64,000 nt of DNA from Bacteriovoracia bacterium (GTDB lineage: Bacteria; Bdellovibrionota; UBA1018; JBFWNL01), in contig JBFWNL010000001.1 in assembly GCA_050251055.1 (NCBI GenBank), positions 363,825-427,824 on the forward strand, given 5' to 3'. The number at the start of each line of letters is the position of its first letter. Position 1 is the first letter of the stretch. The translations under genes and the position numbers were made by a program. This document shows positions 36,702 through 46,884 of the stretch, in pieces. The notes beneath the pieces are model-generated. The model had not been told where the DNA came from. It made no database searches and saw nothing but the letters and a program-made list of their open reading frames with translations.

Positions 36702-38377
36702 CTCGCTCCCTCCTCGGTATACTGCTTGCTCTCGCCGTGACGCCCGCCGCCCATGCCGCGAAAAATCGCGCGATTCTCTTCGGCGGAAATTGCGAAACGG
36801 ACGAGACCGGCAAGATTGACACCGAAAATCAGTTTCAGCCCGACATGGAGACGCGCGCGAACGCGCTTTCGCGTATCCAATGGGAAGTGATTCCTCTTTA
36901 CGACGGCGACCAAGGGGATTGCCGTCCGGGCACCACCTCCCCCGCCTGCGCCGGTATCGACGTGAGTAAATGGAGTTCCGCGAAGCTCGCGGAAAACGCC
37001 CGCTGGGCCAAGCCGGTGCCCCGCGCCTCCAAGGAAGAACTCTTCGGCCAACTCCAAGCCGTCCTCGACGACTCATCCTTTGGTCGCGGCGACCAGCTGC
37101 TGCTCAATATCGACACGCATGGCAGCCCGAATTACCCGGACTCGTCTCATGGTATCTGCCTCTCCGACGGAAAGATGTTGCCGACAAACGATCCCGAGCT
37201 GCTCCTGCTCTTTCGGAAGTTGAAAGAGAAAGGCGTAAAGCTCGGCTTCAACGAAGAAAGCTGTTTTTCCGGAGCCTCCGTGCCCGCCTGGAGCGAATTC
37301 GGCTGCGTGCTCACGCCCCAAACCGCGGACAGTGTCAGCTGGGGTCCCGGGCCTTCCACCCAGGCGCTCTCGGATTTGTCGGCTTGGACCGGCATGCAGA
37401 GAGTGGGGATCGAAAAGCTACGCGAGGTCGATCTCGACGCCGACGGACGCATCACCATGGAAGAGTGGTACTTGGGGACGCTAAAAGCAAAACACCGCAT
37501 GCCCATGCAGCCGCAGTTCTCCGGATATCCGGAGGGAAACTCCGCGGGGCGGGCCGCAATCCTGTTTCGGGGGCAGGTCACGAATGAGCGGCGAGACTAC
37601 TCGTTGGCGCCGGAGCCGTCCGCCGGAGCCTGCCTGGATGCCCGCAACGACCTGCGATCTTTCAGCTACCAGCTCGAGCAGGTTCTAGCCGACCTAGGAA
37701 TCCCGACCCAACCCGCGACCGACATTGAAGCAGCCCTGGAGCGGATCGCACTGAAGGAAGGGCGGCTCGAAAAGCTCGGCGAGCTCGAAGAGTCCGCGCG
37801 GGACGAACTCAAGCTCGTGAAATTCCAGTTCCTGCTTGAGCTTCCCGCCGACCTCGAGCCCTTTGGCGACGCCATCTTAAAAGCGTTCGCCCATTCGGCA
37901 AGCTTCAGCCGTCGCCAGAGCCCCGACGCGCCGGCCACCCCGCTCGCCTTCAGCGCCGACGGCAGACTCTTCGCCGATCTGGAGTTACCCGAGACGCGCG
38001 AGCGCATCGTGGCCCGCATCATCAAGAACATCCTGGCCACGGATCCCAAAGAATCGGCGACCCCCGGCCGGAGCTTCATCCTTCTCAAAGCGAAGGTGGG
38101 CGCGTACCTCGAGCACGCCCGAAAGCGCAACCTCGGTCGCCTATCCACCGCGGACTACGAGAAAGTTCGGGCCCGCATCAACGAACTGGTTAGCTCGCGT
38201 ACTTCGGCGACCGCTCTGGAGAAGGAAATTGCGGACGAGAAGGCGGAGCTAAATCCGCTCGTTTCCGCAGCTCGCGTGCAAGACTTCCTGGCTTATCGCA
38301 AGCGGACGGATCTATCGCCGCGGGAAGCGGCCGCGCTGAAGACCTGCGCGGACTTCACGCTCTTTACCTTCAACTGA
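36698..38377 (+). CDS. Exported clan CD (caspase/legumain-like) cysteine peptidase-like protein
   Basis: Signal peptide AHA|A; LLLNIDTHG and ESCFSG His/Cys dyad pattern; EF-hand-like DLDADGRITMEE; helical C-terminus. Confidence 0.7.
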   Translation: MTRSLLGILLALAVTPAAHAAKNRAILFGGNCETDETGKIDTENQFQPDMETRANALSRIQWEVIPLYDGDQGDCRPGTTSPACAGIDVSKWSSAKLAENARWAKPVPRASKEELFGQLQAVLDDSSFGRGDQLLLNIDTHGSPNYPDSSHGICLSDGKMLPTNDPELLLLFRKLKEKGVKLGFNEESCFSGASVPAWSEFGCVLTPQTADSVSWGPGPSTQALSDLSAWTGMQRVGIEKLREVDLDADGRITMEEWYLGTLKAKHRMPMQPQFSGYPEGNSAGRAAILFRGQVTNERRDYSLAPEPSAGACLDARNDLRSFSYQLEQVLADLGIPTQPATDIEAALERIALKEGRLEKLGELEESARDELKLVKFQFLLELPADLEPFGDAILKAFAHSASFSRRQSPDAPATPLAFSADGRLFADLELPETRERIVARIIKNILATDPKESATPGRSFILLKAKVGAYLEHARKRNLGRLSTADYEKVRARINELVSSRTSATALEKEIADEKAELNPLVSAARVQDFLAYRKRTDLSPREAAALKTCADFTLFTFN

Positions 38378-38381
38378 TGCT

Positions 38382-38711
38382 TTAGTGTACGGCTTGGCAG
38401 CGCGTTTCCACACAACGCGCGCGGAAATCCGCGAGCTTTGTCGGTGGATTAGCCGTACAGCTTGCGACCTGCGACACCCGCTTCACGTAGGCGCGGTAAC
38501 GTTTCACCATCGCGCCATTGACCGCGTCGACGGCGCCGCATACCCCGCGCACCAGCGCGCAATCCCCGTTAGACTGGCATTCCTTCCACTTGATGAAAGT
38601 ATTGATATCTCCATCGGTTCCCGGCGCCGGGCGAACCACCAGCAGCGCCCACCCGAACGCGATGGCCAAGCCAAACCGGCGGCCCGACTTTTTACTGGGC
38701 CGCCACGGCAT
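38382..38711 (-). CDS. Small exported Cys-rich protein
   Basis: Signal-like segment; six Cys (CQSNGDC, VCG, SC, CVETRC). Confidence 0.65.
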   Translation of the reverse strand: MPWRPSKKSGRRFGLAIAFGWALLVVRPAPGTDGDINTFIKWKECQSNGDCALVRGVCGAVDAVNGAMVKRYRAYVKRVSQVASCTANPPTKLADFRARCVETRCQAVH

Positions 38712-39489
38712 CGCCGAGCACTTCTTTCATGTAGAGCTGCAGACCCTGGTAATCTTGGGTCGACCACGCCGGCAAGCGCTTCTCCTGAGCGTGCCAGCGC
38801 GCCACGCCTTCAGGGCTGAACGTCTTTTGCATATCGGCCATCGCCGGAAGCGGCTTGCCTAGGTGGCAGCCCATGCAGGTTTGCAAGAAGGTTTTTTCGC
38901 CCCGAACCACGACTGGATTCGTGCGCCGCTTGAGAAAATATCCCGCGTCGACACAGACGCGATAGTTGGTGAGCTCGATCTCACGAATGCCGGCGGCAGT
39001 ATAGCGCTCGATAGGCAGCACTTCTTTGCCAATCGCCGCGCCGTGCGTGCTCCAAGGCAGCACGACCACCGGACCACCGTTGGCCGGGCCTAACCCTTCG
39101 CCGTTGCGCCAAAAGGCGAGCAGCAAGCCGTACTTTTGGATGAACCAGCGGGGAACCGAGGTTTCCTGGCCGTCGGTGTGCTTGAAGATGACGAGATCGA
39201 CTTCGGACTTCTGAACTAGGGTGAGCTTTTCCATCGCTTCGTTGATCAAAGCGGAAAGCTGGAGCCCCTCCCAACGCTGCGACTTACCGGCCGCATCCCG
39301 TTCGGAGGTTTGTCGAACCTTCAAGGTGGCGGTGGCGATGCCGGACAAAGGAATAGGCAACGCGCTGGTCGCCGTGAGCCCACGCCAGTAGATCTCAACC
39401 GGTGCGCTCTTCAAAAAAGCGATGTCACGGGATGCATTTGTCTGGCCGGTGGCGGCCTCTCCCCCGGCGGCCCCTGCGACGAAGAGCAA
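38692..39489 (-). CDS. Exported molybdopterin-oxidoreductase-like domain protein with C-terminal cytochrome c
   Basis: WEGLQLSALI and LLLAFWRNGEGLGPANGGPVVV (Oxidored_molyb-like); heme motif CMGCH; start probably further upstream. Confidence 0.7.
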   Translation of the reverse strand: MLFVAGAAGGEAATGQTNASRDIAFLKSAPVEIYWRGLTATSALPIPLSGIATATLKVRQTSERDAAGKSQRWEGLQLSALINEAMEKLTLVQKSEVDLVIFKHTDGQETSVPRWFIQKYGLLLAFWRNGEGLGPANGGPVVVLPWSTHGAAIGKEVLPIERYTAAGIREIELTNYRVCVDAGYFLKRRTNPVVVRGEKTFLQTCMGCHLGKPLPAMADMQKTFSPEGVARWHAQEKRLPAWSTQDYQGLQLYMKEVLGDAVAAQ

Positions 39490-39582
39490 AAGCGCGCCGA
39501 AGAAAAACGAAAAGACCTGAATAGGAATATCCTCCGTGAAAATTCCTTACCTAAAATCAATTGAATCAAGTAAGAATCAAGA

Positions 39583-40464
39583 ATGCAAATGAAATCCAGG
39601 CGCTACATCATTGCCGGACTCCTTCTCCTCGCACCCGCGTGGATTGCAACGGCGAAAGAGAAGCCCCGAAAGAAGCCGGCCGTCAAACCGTCGCCGGTGG
39701 TATCCGCGAGTCCGGCGCCCTCCCCGACGCCTACCCCTCCGGCCAGCCCCTACGCCCTGGGTGATCAACTCTTTTATGGGCGCGCCGACGGTACAAAAGC
39801 GCAGGAAGCCCTGAAGGTGTTCCGTGAACTTTGGCAAAAAAATCCTCAAGACTTCGAAGCGGGCTGGCGCGTCTCGATGGCTTGTTACTTCGTGGGGATC
39901 CGTCTTACCCCGGAGGGCGAACCGCGGGAGAAGCTCTACGCCGAAGGGCGTGACATCGGAAAAGAATCGATCAAGCTCGCCAAGGAGAAGAAGCTCCCCT
40001 GCGCGGCCTGCAACTTCTGGACGGCGATCAATATGGCGCTTTACGGCGAATCCGTCGGCGTATTCAAAATGCTTTTTACTTTGAACGAGATCCAAACCCT
40101 ATTGAAAGCAAGTATTGAAGCCGACCCTTCGTTTGCCTATGCCGGCGCTTACCGTCTCTTGGGCATGATCGAGTGGAAGCTACCCGGCATTCTCGGCGGC
40201 AGTAACTCCCGCGCGAAGGATTATTTCGAGAAGGCGATTGCCCAGGGTCCGACTGAACCGCTCAACTACTTATTCCTCGCTCGCCTGCTGGACGACAAAT
40301 TCGACGAGCGGGCCGAGGCCCTGAATTGGGCGAAAAAAGGGCTGGAAGTCCCGGTGCCTACCCCCGATCGACTCGAGGCGTTGGACGCCCTTAAAGACCT
40401 CCAAGAATTTATCCAAACCCACCCTGCACCCACCCCCGAGAAGCCTCCGGAAAAGGCCGACTGA
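39583..40464 (+). CDS. Exported TPR-like protein (TatT-related)
   Basis: Signal peptide; Pro-rich linker; YAGAYRLLG...LPGILGGS...AKDYFEKA. Confidence 0.78.
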   Translation: MQMKSRRYIIAGLLLLAPAWIATAKEKPRKKPAVKPSPVVSASPAPSPTPTPPASPYALGDQLFYGRADGTKAQEALKVFRELWQKNPQDFEAGWRVSMACYFVGIRLTPEGEPREKLYAEGRDIGKESIKLAKEKKLPCAACNFWTAINMALYGESVGVFKMLFTLNEIQTLLKASIEADPSFAYAGAYRLLGMIEWKLPGILGGSNSRAKDYFEKAIAQGPTEPLNYLFLARLLDDKFDERAEALNWAKKGLEVPVPTPDRLEALDALKDLQEFIQTHPAPTPEKPPEKAD

Positions 40465-40560
40465 ACGGGCCTTTTGCTTAGTATTTCTTGGGGTTTTTCC
40501 ATGGGTTTTTTCCGGGGGGTGTGCTAAAAAACGAGCACATTTCCAAGGTTCCTCATCTTT

Positions 40561-40590
40561 AAGAGTGGGCCACTAAGCCCACTTTTTTTT
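40561..40590 (+). promoter_or_regulatory. rimP leader terminator-like hairpin (attenuator)
   Basis: AGTGGGC-CACTAA-GCCCACT followed by a T run, about 65 nt before rimP. Such leaders are widespread before rimP-nusA-infB. Confidence 0.8.
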
Positions 40591-40653
40591 TGCCCGCAGC
40601 CCTACCGCAGCGGCGACGGAGGCGGGGACCGAGGAAATCAAGATACAGAAATA

Positions 40654-41259
40654 ATGGAAACCACTGAACTTCTACAAACGAAGCAAATCGAAGACCGGTT
40701 AGCGGACCTGATCGAGCCGATGCTCGCCCCGCTCGCTTATTCGGTCGTCGCCGTGGAAGTGCAGCTGGGGCGCACGAAGAAGCTTCGTCTTTTCATTGAT
40801 CGTCCCGCCAACGGGATCACCATCGACGACTGCGTGACCGCGTCCCACGCGCTCGACCAACCGCTCGACGCCAATCCGGAGGTCGACGAGATCTTCGCTG
40901 GTCCCTACGAGCTCGAGGTTTCGTCGCCGGGACTGGATCGCCCGCTCCGACGCCCCCAAGATTACCTGCAGTTCGTCGGGTCGCGCGCACGCGTGCAAAC
41001 CGTGCGCACCCTCACCGGTGAAGAGCTTCACAACGAAGCCCACCAGGCAAAGAACCCCAAACAAAAAGTTTTCATCGGCGTCATTGACGGAGTGGAAGGC
41101 CAAGCGGAAAACAAGGCCGTTTGCCTGACCGTCGACAAAAGCAAAGTGCGCCTGCCGATGGGCCTCATCTACAAGGCAAACCTCGACCCAGTGGCGGAAG
41201 CCGCCTCGGGCAAGCACGGTAAGCCAGGAAAGAACACAAGCAAGAAAGGGAAACCTTAG
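40654..41259 (+). CDS. rimP: Ribosome maturation factor RimP
   Basis: LRLFID...GITIDDC and YELEVSSPGLDRPL. Confidence 0.96.
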   Translation: METTELLQTKQIEDRLADLIEPMLAPLAYSVVAVEVQLGRTKKLRLFIDRPANGITIDDCVTASHALDQPLDANPEVDEIFAGPYELEVSSPGLDRPLRRPQDYLQFVGSRARVQTVRTLTGEELHNEAHQAKNPKQKVFIGVIDGVEGQAENKAVCLTVDKSKVRLPMGLIYKANLDPVAEAASGKHGKPGKNTSKKGKP

Positions 41260-41260
41260 T

Positions 41261-42718
41261 ATGGCACAAACCATGGGAATGACCGCGACCGAGTTAACCC
41301 GCGTGATCGAAACCGTCGGCAAGGACCGCGGCATCAAGCGCGAAGTCATCATCAGCGCGCTGGAACAGGCGATGCTCACCGCCGCCCAGAAGAAGTTCGG
41401 CCCGAATGCGGTGCTCGAAGCCCACTACAACGAAGAAACCGGCGAAATCGACGTCTTCTTGTTCAAGAAGGTCGTGGATAGCGACGACGACATGCTCGAA
41501 GAGAGCGAAGAAATCAAAATCGAAGACGCCCGCCTGATGGATCCGGAAGCCCAGATCGGCGACGAGCTCGGCATCAAGGTCCCGACGGACTTCGGACGCA
41601 TCGACGCGCAGACTGCCAAGCAGGTGATCTTCCAGAAAGTCCGCGACGCTGAACGCGAAATCGTGTTCAACGAATACATACATCGCAAGGGCGAGATCAT
41701 CACCGGCATCGCCCGCCGGATCGAGCGCGGCAACCTGGTGATCGACCTGGGCAAGACCGACGCGCTCCTCCCCCGCAACCAGATCATCCCCGGCGAGCAG
41801 TTCCGCCCCGGCGATCGCGTGCAGGCGTTCCTCGACGACGTCGTTTCCACAATGCGCGGACCGCAAATTTTCTTGTCGCGTACTTCACCGAAGTACCTGA
41901 TGAAGCTATTTGAGATGGAAGTGCCGGAGATCCGCGACCAGGTCGTGGAAATCAAGGCCTGCGCCCGCGAAGCCGGCGCCCGCTCGAAGATCGCCGTCAT
42001 TTCCAAGGATCGGGACGTCGATCCGGTAGGCGCATGCGTCGGCATGAAAGGCTCACGGGTGCAGACCGTCATCCAGGAGCTCAAGGGTGAAAAGATCGAC
42101 ATCATTCCGTGGTCCGATAACCACGTCATGTTCGTTCGCGCGGCGCTCGCGCCCGCGGAAATCTCGGCCATCAACCTGGACGAGCACGGCGGCGCGATGG
42201 AGATCATCGTGGAAGACGACCAGCTCTCGCTCGCCATCGGCCGCAAGGGACAGAACGTCCGCCTGGCCGCACAGCTCACCGGCTGGCGCTTGGACATTAT
42301 CTCCAAGACCAAGCTCGAGAAGCGCATGCAAGACGCCGTGTTCAACCTGCAGCACATCGAAGGCGTCAACGAGACGCTCGCGCAGGCGATTTACCAAGCC
42401 GGCTTCCTGAACGTGAAGCAAGTGGCCGACGCCGAGATCGCCACCCTTCGTCAGATCCCGGGTTACGACGAGGAAGAAGCGGCCACCCGCCTCAAGGAAC
42501 GCGCGGCCACGGTCATCGAGAAATCGGGCGACCTTCTGGCCAGCAGCCCCGAGAGCGGCGAACCCGCTTCCCAAGGAACCTTCACGGCGGCGCCACGGAT
42601 CATGAAGGACGCGAAGTCCCAAGCCGAAGAGCGGTTGCGTGAGATGTTGAAGACTTCTTCTGATGGCGAAAAAGCCGAAAGCGAAGCCAAGGCCGAAGCC
42701 AGTGAGAAAACCGAGTAA
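41261..42718 (+). CDS. nusA: Transcription termination factor NusA
   Basis: FGRIDAQTAKQVI; S1 and KH domains; DPVGACVGMKGSRV; AIGRKGQNVRLA. Confidence 0.98.
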   Translation: MAQTMGMTATELTRVIETVGKDRGIKREVIISALEQAMLTAAQKKFGPNAVLEAHYNEETGEIDVFLFKKVVDSDDDMLEESEEIKIEDARLMDPEAQIGDELGIKVPTDFGRIDAQTAKQVIFQKVRDAEREIVFNEYIHRKGEIITGIARRIERGNLVIDLGKTDALLPRNQIIPGEQFRPGDRVQAFLDDVVSTMRGPQIFLSRTSPKYLMKLFEMEVPEIRDQVVEIKACAREAGARSKIAVISKDRDVDPVGACVGMKGSRVQTVIQELKGEKIDIIPWSDNHVMFVRAALAPAEISAINLDEHGGAMEIIVEDDQLSLAIGRKGQNVRLAAQLTGWRLDIISKTKLEKRMQDAVFNLQHIEGVNETLAQAIYQAGFLNVKQVADAEIATLRQIPGYDEEEAATRLKERAATVIEKSGDLLASSPESGEPASQGTFTAAPRIMKDAKSQAEERLREMLKTSSDGEKAESEAKAEASEKTE

Positions 42719-42744
42719 GCGAATTGCCACAAGTTGGGGTGACT

Positions 42745-45462
42745 ATGTCTGAAACGGAACCGATGAAGGTTTACGAGCTAGCCAAAGAACTCGGGATGGA
42801 CTCCATCTCGCTGGTCGACAAGCTCAACGGGCTAGGAATCTCGGTGAAGAGCCACATGAGCGCACTCGAGCCGCCCCAAGTTTCGGCGGCGCGTGAAGCG
42901 CTTTCGGTGAAGACCACCAAGGCCAAGACTCCGGCGAAAAAAGCTGGTGCGGTCGTCAAGCGCGCGGCCGCCAGCGGCACCGGAGCCACGGCGGCGGGGG
43001 CCGCCACGACCACCACCACGACGGCCGCCAAGCCGGCGGCCTCTCGCAAGAAGGCCGCCGCTGCCCCGGCTGCCAGCGCATCGCCAATCTTGCGCCGCCG
43101 GACCCAAGAGGAAGCCGGTACCCGCACCACGACCATCGTGGATCACGGCACCCCGGCCACGCCAGCGTCCACCAGCGCACCGGAAACCGCGCCGGAGACG
43201 GAACCCACCTCGACCTCGGAAATCGGCACGGCCGTTGACACGGCGGCGGAAACGTCCTTGGAAGCATCCTCGAACCCGGCCGCCGAAGGCGCTTCGGAAA
43301 CCGCGCCGGCAAGCGCCGCCCCGAGCACCTCCCCGGACGCGGCTGCTGCCCCGGTTGCCGCCCGCCGCAAAATCCTCACCGTGGTGAACCTCGAGGCTCC
43401 GAAACCCAAGCCAAAACCCAAGATCGTCGCGCCTGCCGCGCGCACCACGCCAGCGAACAGCCAAACCCAGACCGATCCGACCGGCAAGGGTGGCAAGATC
43501 ATCAAGATGTCCAAGGAACGCTTGGACAAGATGGCCGAGGAAGAGGCCGCGAAGAAGAAAGCCAATCCGCGCGAGAAGGACGCGATCCGCCCGGAAGACG
43601 TGCGCTTCGCCGACTACCGCAAAAAGGAAGTGGTCTTCCTCCCCCGCAAGAAAAGGGTCCCCGTGGGCAAGGACCTCAAGAGCACCCAGCGCACCGTCGC
43701 CGCCGCCCACAAGCGCGTGGTCGAGATGCAGGACACGATCGCGGTTTCCGACCTCGCCGCCCAGATGGGCGTCAAGGCCAACGAAGTGATCCGTAAGCTC
43801 ATGGGCATGGGCCAGATGGCCACCGTGAACCAAGCCGTCGATCTCGATACCGCTACCCTGGTCGCCAACGAGTTCAAGTTCGAAGTGAAGAGCATCGCGT
43901 TTAAGGAAGAAGCGCTCTTTGACCGCACCGAAGACAAGTCCGAGGACCTCGTGCTGCGTCCGCCGGTGGTCACGATCATGGGCCACGTCGACCACGGCAA
44001 GACCTCGCTCCTCGACGCCATTCGAGACGCCAATGTGGCCTCTGGGGAAGCCGGCGGGATCACCCAGCACATCGGCGCCTACACGATCGAAAAGAACGGG
44101 AAGCTCATCACCTTCATCGATACTCCAGGCCACGAGGCGTTCACCGTCATGCGCGCGCGCGGCGCCAACGTCACCGACATTGTCATCTTAGTCGTGGCGG
44201 CGGACGACGGCGTGATGCCGCAGACGCGCGAGGCGCTCAGTCACGCGCAAGCGGCGAAGGTGCCGATCATCGTCGCCGTCAATAAGATGGACAAGCCCGG
44301 CGCCAACCCCGAGAAAATCAAGCAAGGCTTGGCCGAGTTGAACCTCTTATCCGAAGACTGGGGCGGGGACACCATGTTCATCCCCGTTTCGGCGATCAAG
44401 AAAACGGGGCTCAACGAGCTACTCGAGGCTATCAACCTCAATGCCGAAGTGCTGGAACTCAAAGCCAACCCGAAGCGCCGTGCGAATGGCACCGTGCTCG
44501 AGGCGCGCCTAGAAAAGGGCCGCGGACCGGTGGTGAGCCTGCTCGTGAAGAACGGTACCCTCAGGGTGGGCGAAAACCTCGTGATCGGCGTACAGGCCGG
44601 TCGCGTACGCGCGATGCACAACCACCTCGGGCAGAACGTGAAGGAAGTCACGCCCGGTATGGCCGCGGAAATCTTAGGCATGGAAGGCGTCCCCGGCGCC
44701 GGCGACCGATTCGAAGCGACGGAAAGCGACGGCGATTCGCGCAAGATCATTAGCAACCGCCAGGAACAGCAGCGCGTGAAGGCCGCCTCCACGAGCAAGA
44801 TGAGTCTCGAAGACCTCTTCGCTAAAGTGTCGGCGGGGAACCTGAAAGAACTCAAAGTCATCCTCAAGGCCGACGTGTTCGGTTCCCTGGAAGCGATCCG
44901 CGACAGCTTGACGAAGCTCTCCACCGAAAAGGTGAAGGTATCCGTGATCCAGGCCGCCCCCGGCGGGATCACCGAAAGCGATGTCATGCTCGCCTCCGCC
45001 TCGGAGGCCATCATCGTCGGGTTCAACGTGCGTCCGGAAAACCAGGCTCGGCGCACGGCGGAAAGCGAGAAGGTCGAGATCAAAACCTACACGATCATTT
45101 ACGAGCTCATCGACGACATCAAGCAAGCGATGCTCGGCATGCTCGACAAAAAGAAGGTCGAAAAATTCCTGGGCCGCGCGCAAGTGCGCCAGACTTTCAG
45201 CGTCCCGAAGGTTGGCACGATCGCCGGCTCGAGCGTGGTCGACGGCAAGATCACGCGCAACGCGAATGTTCGCCTGCTCCGCGACAGCGTCATCCTGTAC
45301 GAAGGCAAGCTCAGCTCGCTCAAGCGCTTCAAGGACGACGCCCGCGAGGTGGCCACGGGCTACGAGTGCGGTATCGCGCTGGAAAACTATAATGACGTCA
45401 AGGAAGGCGACGTCATCGAAGCGTACGACGTCGAATTCATCACGCCCGAGTTGACGGTTTAG
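42745..45462 (+). CDS. infB: Translation initiation factor IF-2
   Basis: [28 protein letters not shown] and NKMD motifs. Confidence 0.98.
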   Translation: MSETEPMKVYELAKELGMDSISLVDKLNGLGISVKSHMSALEPPQVSAAREALSVKTTKAKTPAKKAGAVVKRAAASGTGATAAGAATTTTTTAAKPAASRKKAAAAPAASASPILRRRTQEEAGTRTTTIVDHGTPATPASTSAPETAPETEPTSTSEIGTAVDTAAETSLEASSNPAAEGASETAPASAAPSTSPDAAAAPVAARRKILTVVNLEAPKPKPKPKIVAPAARTTPANSQTQTDPTGKGGKIIKMSKERLDKMAEEEAAKKKANPREKDAIRPEDVRFADYRKKEVVFLPRKKRVPVGKDLKSTQRTVAAAHKRVVEMQDTIAVSDLAAQMGVKANEVIRKLMGMGQMATVNQAVDLDTATLVANEFKFEVKSIAFKEEALFDRTEDKSEDLVLRPPVVTIMGHVDHGKTSLLDAIRDANVASGEAGGITQHIGAYTIEKNGKLITFIDTPGHEAFTVMRARGANVTDIVILVVAADDGVMPQTREALSHAQAAKVPIIVAVNKMDKPGANPEKIKQGLAELNLLSEDWGGDTMFIPVSAIKKTGLNELLEAINLNAEVLELKANPKRRANGTVLEARLEKGRGPVVSLLVKNGTLRVGENLVIGVQAGRVRAMHNHLGQNVKEVTPGMAAEILGMEGVPGAGDRFEATESDGDSRKIISNRQEQQRVKAASTSKMSLEDLFAKVSAGNLKELKVILKADVFGSLEAIRDSLTKLSTEKVKVSVIQAAPGGITESDVMLASASEAIIVGFNVRPENQARRTAESEKVEIKTYTIIYELIDDIKQAMLGMLDKKKVEKFLGRAQVRQTFSVPKVGTIAGSSVVDGKITRNANVRLLRDSVILYEGKLSSLKRFKDDAREVATGYECGIALENYNDVKEGDVIEAYDVEFITPELTV

Positions 45463-45479
45463 CGCGAGGGCGGTGAAGT

Positions 45480-45887
45480 ATGCAGCCGACGCGAAAATCC
45501 AGACTTGAATCAGTGATCCTGGAGGAAATCTCCACGCTGGTCGCGCGTGAGTTGCGTGATCCGCGGATTCCCTTGCTCACTTTTACGAAGGCCGTCGTCT
45601 CGGACGATGCGAGCATCGCCACCCTCTATTTCACGATATTGGGCGCCGCCCTCGATACGCCCACGGAAGAGGCGGCCGCCCTCGCGCACGCGCGGGAGCG
45701 GGAAGAAGAGCTGCAGGACTGCCTCGACGGGTTAACTTCGGCCGCGGGTTTTTTGCGCCGACACCTCGCGCGCGCGCTCAACATCCGGCACATTCCCCAG
45801 CTGGTATTCAAGCAAGACAAGGGGCTGGATAACTCCCTGCGCGTTCATGAGTTATTGAACCAGCTTTCCCAGGCCCCAAAAAAGTAA
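45480..45887 (+). CDS. rbfA: Ribosome-binding factor A
   Basis: LRDPRI and AAGFLR...RHIPQLVFKQD; position after infB. Confidence 0.93.
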   Translation: MQPTRKSRLESVILEEISTLVARELRDPRIPLLTFTKAVVSDDASIATLYFTILGAALDTPTEEAAALAHAREREEELQDCLDGLTSAAGFLRRHLARALNIRHIPQLVFKQDKGLDNSLRVHELLNQLSQAPKK

Positions 45888-45908
45888 TTCTTTAGGAAGT
45901 AGCACCCG

Positions 45909-46883
45909 ATGCACGGCGCCCTATTGATCGATAAGCCCAAGGACATTACCTCTTTCGGGGTCGTGGATGAAGTGAAGCGCGCGCTGCGCGCCGCGACCGG
46001 CGTCAAGACGCGCGAGCTCCCTAAGATCGGCCACGGCGGTACGCTCGATCCGTTCGCCACGGGCTTGCTCGTCGTACTCGTGGGCCGAGCGGTGAAACTC
46101 GCCCAGTACTTCCTGGGTTCGGATAAAACCTACGAAGGTCGCTTTCGCTTCGGGATCACGACCATTCCCGGCGATCCCACCGAAGAAGTGAGCGAACGCT
46201 GCGAGCATCTGCCCGCAAGCTTGGACGAGCTGCAAGCGCAGGCCCGCTTCCTCACCCGGCAACCCTACCTGCAGACCCCGCCCATGCATTCGGCGAAGAA
46301 GCGCCAGGGCAAGCCCCTTTACGAGCTGGCCCGCGCCGGCATCGAAGTCGAGCGCGAAGCCAAAGCTTGCCAGCTCCATGCCTTCGAGATCTTGGACTAC
46401 ACGCCGCCGGACGCGCCGTTTCGACTCAAGTGTAGCTCCGGGACCTACGTACGCACCCTCGCCCAAGACTTCGGAAGACTCCACGGCACCGTGGCCCTTC
46501 TACAAGATCTGCGGAGGACCGCCTCGGGAAGCTTTCAGATCGAACGGGCCTGGACCCTGGACAGGGTAACCCAGGCCATTTCCGACCGCGGGGGAAAAAA
46601 CCTAGCCGAGTTGGGATGCTTCGTGCCTTTCAACGAGCTGCTCGCGGAGTTCGCGCGCTGCGAGGCTACGCGCGACGAAGCGCGCGCGCTATTTCAGGGC
46701 CGCCAGAACGTGCTGCTCCCGATGCTCCAGCGCTGCGGACGCCTCGCCTCTTCGCTAGCCATTTCACCCACTTCGGAAGAAGAGCTCCGCCACCTCGCGG
46801 TCTATTGCGAGCAAAATCTCATCGCCGTGCTCAAACGAGAGCCCCAGGCGGGCTGGAGCCTGGAAAAGGTTTTCGCGGATTGA
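45909..46883 (+). CDS. truB: tRNA pseudouridine(55) synthase TruB
   Basis: IDKP, GHGGTLDPFATG, PPMHSA and GTYVRTLA motifs. Confidence 0.96.
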   Translation: MHGALLIDKPKDITSFGVVDEVKRALRAATGVKTRELPKIGHGGTLDPFATGLLVVLVGRAVKLAQYFLGSDKTYEGRFRFGITTIPGDPTEEVSERCEHLPASLDELQAQARFLTRQPYLQTPPMHSAKKRQGKPLYELARAGIEVEREAKACQLHAFEILDYTPPDAPFRLKCSSGTYVRTLAQDFGRLHGTVALLQDLRRTASGSFQIERAWTLDRVTQAISDRGGKNLAELGCFVPFNELLAEFARCEATRDEARALFQGRQNVLLPMLQRCGRLASSLAISPTSEEELRHLAVYCEQNLIAVLKREPQAGWSLEKVFAD

Positions 46884-46884
46884 T

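Noticed and set aside
42832-44133. Long antisense ORFs (433 aa here; also 12377..13468, 17008..18075, 41425..42369, 60788..61654)
   Set aside because: Shadow frames opposite well-supported genes, expected with GC-rich codon bias; no motifs.
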